Position numbers and translations under genes: made by a program. Source: Terriglobia bacterium (lineage in GTDB: Bacteria > Acidobacteriota > Terriglobia > 20CM-2-55-15). Taken from it: 64,000 bases of DNA. Where the stretch lies: the NCBI GenBank assembly GCA_963664115.2, contig CAXWPJ010000012.1:320001-384000 (forward strand), given 5' to 3'. Under the pieces are notes generated by a model, which worked only from the letters and a program-made list of their open reading frames with translations, was not told the origin of the DNA and did not search any database. Of this stretch, positions 59,993-64,000 are shown one piece after another; within the stretch, counting starts at the first letter, position 1; each line of letters starts with the position of its first letter.

Positions 59993-61348
59993 TTAGGATA
60001 TAAACGCCGCCTCCAACTCGGAGACAACGCTTTCCAACGCAAAGAAAATGACACGGTCTCCAGCCTGAATCGAACAATCACCGCGAGGCACGACCACCGC
60101 ACCGTCCGGTCGGGCGATTGCGCCGACAATGGCGCCTCTGGGAAATCGGATGTCGCTCAGTTTTCGACCGACATAAATTGTGCCCTGGGCAGCAATCAGC
60201 TCGATCGCCTCCGCTTCTTCCGCTCCGAACGTTGTGACGCTGAGCACACGACCTTTGCGAACATATTGAAGAATGCTATCGACGGCCGCCAGACGGGGGC
60301 TGACCGTCGTGTTGATACCAAGGCGTTGAACCATCGGTAGATAACTCAAGCGATTGATCAGGGCCACGACCTTCTTGACGCCAAGACGACGGGCCAGCAG
60401 CGACGCGATGATGTTGTCCTCGTCGTGGTTCGTCAAGGTCAGAAAAGCATCCACGCCCTCGACGTTCTCTTCCATCAAAGTGGATTGGTCCGTGCCGTCA
60501 CCGTGAATTACGATCGTTTTGTCGAGTATTGTGGAAATCTTCTCACAACGATCCAGTTCGCGTTCGAACAGCTTCACATGAACGTTCGTTTCTTCCAGAA
60601 TCTCGGCGATTCCGATTCCGAGCTGCTTTCCCCCGACGATGAAGACTCGCTCCAGTGTTTTCCGGCTCTCGAGCCCCATGAAGGCGATGACGTCGTCCAA
60701 GTTGTCCCGTGTCGCCATGACATAAATGTGATCACCGGTTTTGAGTCGCTCGGCGCCATGGGGGATGATCACCTGTTGCCCGCGAAAGATCATCGCGATC
60801 AGCGAATTCTCCGGGGGGTCTGCCTGTTCCAGTTCCAGCAGCGTCTTACCGGCAACCCAACTCCCGGATTCAACGTTCATTCCGAAGAGCCGGGCACCGC
60901 CATCGGCAAAATCGATAATATCGGAGACACCGGGATAATTAAGGACGCGCATGATCCGATCAGAGACGTCGGATTCCGGGTGAATGATGAGGTCGATGTC
61001 GAGGTTGGATTCGGCGGCGATACGCCGCCAGTGTTCTACTTCGTGAGTCCGCATCCGGGCCACCTTGACCCGAACGTTGGATTCGACCTTTGCGACCAGG
61101 CACGCAAGTATGTTGGTTGCATCCGAATTCGTTGCCGCAATCAACATATCGGCCGTCTCGAGGCCGGCACGTCTCAGTGCTAAAACGCTGGCTGCATTGC
61201 CGTGAACGATCTTCGCGTCGAGCGTGTCTTCGAGTTCAGAGCAACGCTCTTCCTCTTGCTCGATGAGGATGACCTCATTGCCCTCACCTATCAGGCGGCC
61301 TGCGATCAGGGCGGCCACTTCGCCGCCGCCAGCAATCAGAATTCGCAT
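59993..61348 (-). CDS. trkA: Trk potassium uptake regulator
   Basis: Two RCK N/C pairs (IAGGGEV, IVGG-QLG, GDGTD); upstream of trkH. Confidence 0.93.
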   Translation of the reverse strand: MRILIAGGGEVAALIAGRLIGEGNEVILIEQEEERCSELEDTLDAKIVHGNAASVLALRRAGLETADMLIAATNSDATNILACLVAKVESNVRVKVARMRTHEVEHWRRIAAESNLDIDLIIHPESDVSDRIMRVLNYPGVSDIIDFADGGARLFGMNVESGSWVAGKTLLELEQADPPENSLIAMIFRGQQVIIPHGAERLKTGDHIYVMATRDNLDDVIAFMGLESRKTLERVFIVGGKQLGIGIAEILEETNVHVKLFERELDRCEKISTILDKTIVIHGDGTDQSTLMEENVEGVDAFLTLTNHDEDNIIASLLARRLGVKKVVALINRLSYLPMVQRLGINTTVSPRLAAVDSILQYVRKGRVLSVTTFGAEEAEAIELIAAQGTIYVGRKLSDIRFPRGAIVGAIARPDGAVVVPRGDCSIQAGDRVIFFALESVVSELEAAFIS

Positions 61349-61492
61349 CAGTACTCGCCAGTATTCTCTCACCGATTAGAGCCCGGCGCATCATAGGCAT
61401 CCCATTTATTTTCTTGAGGGTAGTCCCGAATCGTGCCGTGCGCCAAACGGTGCAACTTGAACGGCGCCCGACACCCCCGGCCCTCGGACAAG

Positions 61493-62323
61493 TTACCGGG
61501 CCAGCAAAACCGACTTCCGGCGTTCTACCGGAGAATCCCGTATCAGGGCAGCCATGTCGGGAGACTCAACCCCGCGCTGCGGGATCAGAAACCGGCCGTC
61601 GAAATACACCTCCAGGCCATTGCTCCGAAATGGATAAGGCGTGAGAGTATAGGTGTCTTCACTCTGGGGCCGAATCACGATGTCGCCATCATGAGTCTCG
61701 CTCAGCGGAACGTGGGTAAACGTCGCCTCGCCCCGTGCCCCCTCAGGCGTGCAATTAAAATAGAGCGCCAGCGTATCGAAGAACTGCAGCCGCTTATAGT
61801 TCGCAAACAGAGCCGCGGCCTCAACCCAGTCCGCAGTCTTCGGGTCCCCCCTCAGTGACGCTGTCAGCCGGACCTGCCGCTGTTGCTCGGAGTGCAGCAT
61901 GGCATCTGCCGCCGTCCGATGTTCCTCGGGGATCGAGTCGATCAGCACCATCGCCGACATTCCATAACGACCGTTATAGAGCCCCCAAACGTGCATGCTG
62001 GCGATCAACCCGCTATAGGGATGGTGGGCCTCGTTGTGCTCCGGTGAGCGCGCACCCGCGAGCATGATAATTGGAATCGGTGTCTCCACCAGGTTGTAGG
62101 GCAGACCCGTATCAGGGTTCAGTGGCGGATTGAGGTCGAGGTCACGCCACCCGCGATCATGCCAGCGGCAGGCATAAATAAACTCATCACGCGGTTCCGG
62201 TTTCTCGAACGTATCATTACCAAAATTTTCAGCCAGTTGACCCACCAGTTCGAGGTGCTCTTCGAGACTGATCACGAAGCGCCTGCTGTCATTCCGTCCC
62301 TCGGGTACTGACTGTATGATCAT
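61493..62323 (-). CDS. DUF3891-like protein
   Basis: H----GQLA, HDRGW, G-P-N, LI-S-H, LQFFD-L-L, L-PYPF. Confidence 0.75.
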   Translation of the reverse strand: MIIQSVPEGRNDSRRFVISLEEHLELVGQLAENFGNDTFEKPEPRDEFIYACRWHDRGWRDLDLNPPLNPDTGLPYNLVETPIPIIMLAGARSPEHNEAHHPYSGLIASMHVWGLYNGRYGMSAMVLIDSIPEEHRTAADAMLHSEQQRQVRLTASLRGDPKTADWVEAAALFANYKRLQFFDTLALYFNCTPEGARGEATFTHVPLSETHDGDIVIRPQSEDTYTLTPYPFRSNGLEVYFDGRFLIPQRGVESPDMAALIRDSPVERRKSVLLAR

Positions 62324-62365
62324 CGCGCGTCTCCCCTGCTTCCCCGTCTCGTCGAAATCCCAGGT

Positions 62366-64000
62366 TTAAAATACCTGCATCCCGACGCTGAAATGAATGC
62401 CGGAATCCTGCAGCGATCCACTCCGGGCAGAAGTCGGGTTTGCATCCACCAGACTTTTGCCCCAGTACATTTCAAATTCGGGATTCCAGCGCAGCGATTC
62501 ACCAAAGACGGCATTCCAGCGGACACCCACGCCCACGCTATAAATACTGGAGGGTGGGGCCGGCAGCAGAATGCGTCCCCGACCCGCAGCCTCTGCCCGG
62601 GTGTGCCAGCCATTCCCGAAATCAAAGAAGGGCGCCAGTTCGAGACTACGCGCCCACCTGCGGTCGGACACGATGGCGACACGTGATTCGATAGAGCTGA
62701 TCACGGCGTTGTCCCGGACGAGCTGATTTTCACGATATCCGCGGACGCTGTGGCGTCCACCGACCGGAAGCTGTTCTGTAGCCAGAAGCGGGTCGGCCGC
62801 CATTTGCACATCGCTTCTAAATATCAGTTGCCATGCCCCGACACGTCGGGCCCACTGCAGTTTTCCCAACCATGAAAAGAAGCGGCCATCCGGGGCGTCT
62901 CGGACACCAATCTGCTCATAGATCGAATCCTGTCCATGAACAGTGGCCCCGAACAGATCCACACCGAAACTGAATCTGGATTGAACGGACACGGCCTGAT
63001 TCTGAGATCTGTGAGTCCACTCCTGGACAATCCGTAAGGCCGTGACATTGGAACGCCCACTATCGGCGCCCAGAGAAAATGAAAAGGGCTCCCCCAGCAT
63101 GAAAGTTCGGTTCTGCAACCGCTCCGAAGTGAATCCCAGGAGAAATTCGGAATTCAGCGTCCGGTAAACGCGATGCCGCAGCGTAAAGCCATAACCCGAG
63201 GATTCGCTTTGCACGTTCAAGCCGTCAAATGGCATCTCGACAACGGTGAAATCATTCTTGCTCCATGACAACCCCACGGTCGTGGAGTTGCCGAAAAGCG
63301 GCAACTGGTAGCTGGCCGAGATCGAGGGGCTCACACCGGCAGACCTCCCGACCGTTAAACTCAGAGCATCTCCGAAACCTGTCAGGTTCTGGTGCATTGC
63401 CCCCGACATCAAGCGGGACGAACCAACGGTCGGTGACTGGTGGTTGTCGAAGGCAAGCGATACGCTGTATGGGCTTTCTTCCTGGATCGCGAGATTCAGT
63501 CGTGCTTCGCCCGGGCGAAATCCCGGGCGTAGCTCCGCAGCAAAGCGAGAGATCCGCGGGTCCTGCTCGAGTAGCTGCAAACGCTCCTGAAGGTCCTGTA
63601 TTCTCAGCGGCCCTGAGGTTTCCAGGTCCAGGCGACTCCTAAGATGGCTGGCTCGAAACCACCGCGGAGGATCTATCTCCACTGCGGTCAAACGACCTTC
63701 CACTATTTCAACGACGAGCACACCATCGCTAACGCTCTGGTCCGGTATTCGGGCTCCTGAATTGACATAACCATTCTGAACGTAAAGGTCTGTCAAATCC
63801 CGTCTGATAAATCCAAGATCTTCCGATGTCAGGGTTTGGTTTACGTAGGCCCGGGTAATGGCATCCAATTCATCATGAGTAAATACTGTGCTTCCGGAAA
63901 CCTGGATCTCGATGATTCGAACGCTGAGAGCTGTGAGGGATTCGCCGGGGCCGGAAACTTGAGGCAAGACGTCCTGCACTGGATGTGCCCCGTACACCAG
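62366..64000 (-). CDS. TpsB (ShlB/FhaC/HecB) outer-membrane transporter, 5' end outside the window
   Basis: POTRA (Y---GYV-S, V-EG-L), DN-QSP-VG, GG--SVRGY-EN, F-DFG, terminal F. Confidence 0.9.
   Translation of the reverse strand: MVYGAHPVQDVLPQVSGPGESLTALSVRIIEIQVSGSTVFTHDELDAITRAYVNQTLTSEDLGFIRRDLTDLYVQNGYVNSGARIPDQSVSDGVLVVEIVEGRLTAVEIDPPRWFRASHLRSRLDLETSGPLRIQDLQERLQLLEQDPRISRFAAELRPGFRPGEARLNLAIQEESPYSVSLAFDNHQSPTVGSSRLMSGAMHQNLTGFGDALSLTVGRSAGVSPSISASYQLPLFGNSTTVGLSWSKNDFTVVEMPFDGLNVQSESSGYGFTLRHRVYRTLNSEFLLGFTSERLQNRTFMLGEPFSFSLGADSGRSNVTALRIVQEWTHRSQNQAVSVQSRFSFGVDLFGATVHGQDSIYEQIGVRDAPDGRFFSWLGKLQWARRVGAWQLIFRSDVQMAADPLLATEQLPVGGRHSVRGYRENQLVRDNAVISSIESRVAIVSDRRWARSLELAPFFDFGNGWHTRAEAAGRGRILLPAPPSSIYSVGVGVRWNAVFGESLRWNPEFEMYWGKSLVDANPTSARSGSLQDSGIHFSVGMQVF

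Overview
GC-rich bacterial chromosome window; the gene style suggests Acidobacteria (inference). Positions 1-7.1 kb are housekeeping: dnaJ-grpE-hrcA, a lipoate ligase, degP and an aminotransferase, followed by tmRNA (ssrA, 7264-7617). Right after ssrA an accessory, decaying region begins (about 7.6-34 kb) with IS630, two IS110/IS1111, IS3-like and IS6 remnants, pseudogenes and many secreted DUF6152-type, partner and DUF6644-type genes. The most striking signal is a dispersed 40-bp quasi-palindromic site (TTCTCA-AGTCC-YGAKAA-ATCATC-TTSTCG-GACGT-TGAGAA). It separates gene-sized units: Ser/Thr-kinase remnants with a shared promoter leader, a DUF6152 fusion gene and a gamma-glutamyltransferase, much like an integron or pdif-type cassette array, but no recombinase is in the window. 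Two divergent IS1111-type elements each sit inside a copy of this site. Their non-coding ends contain hairpin loops whose guide segments match both the site and their own circle junction, so the bridge/seek RNAs can be read directly. Positions 34-64 kb are mostly ordinary genes (heme-c lipoprotein, GDPD, VOC dioxygenase, IS1380 inside a REP-like hairpin, adenylate cyclase, ECF/anti-sigma, metalloprotease, TonB, trkAH, TpsB). All family assignments come from motif recognition by eye; no database searches were run.
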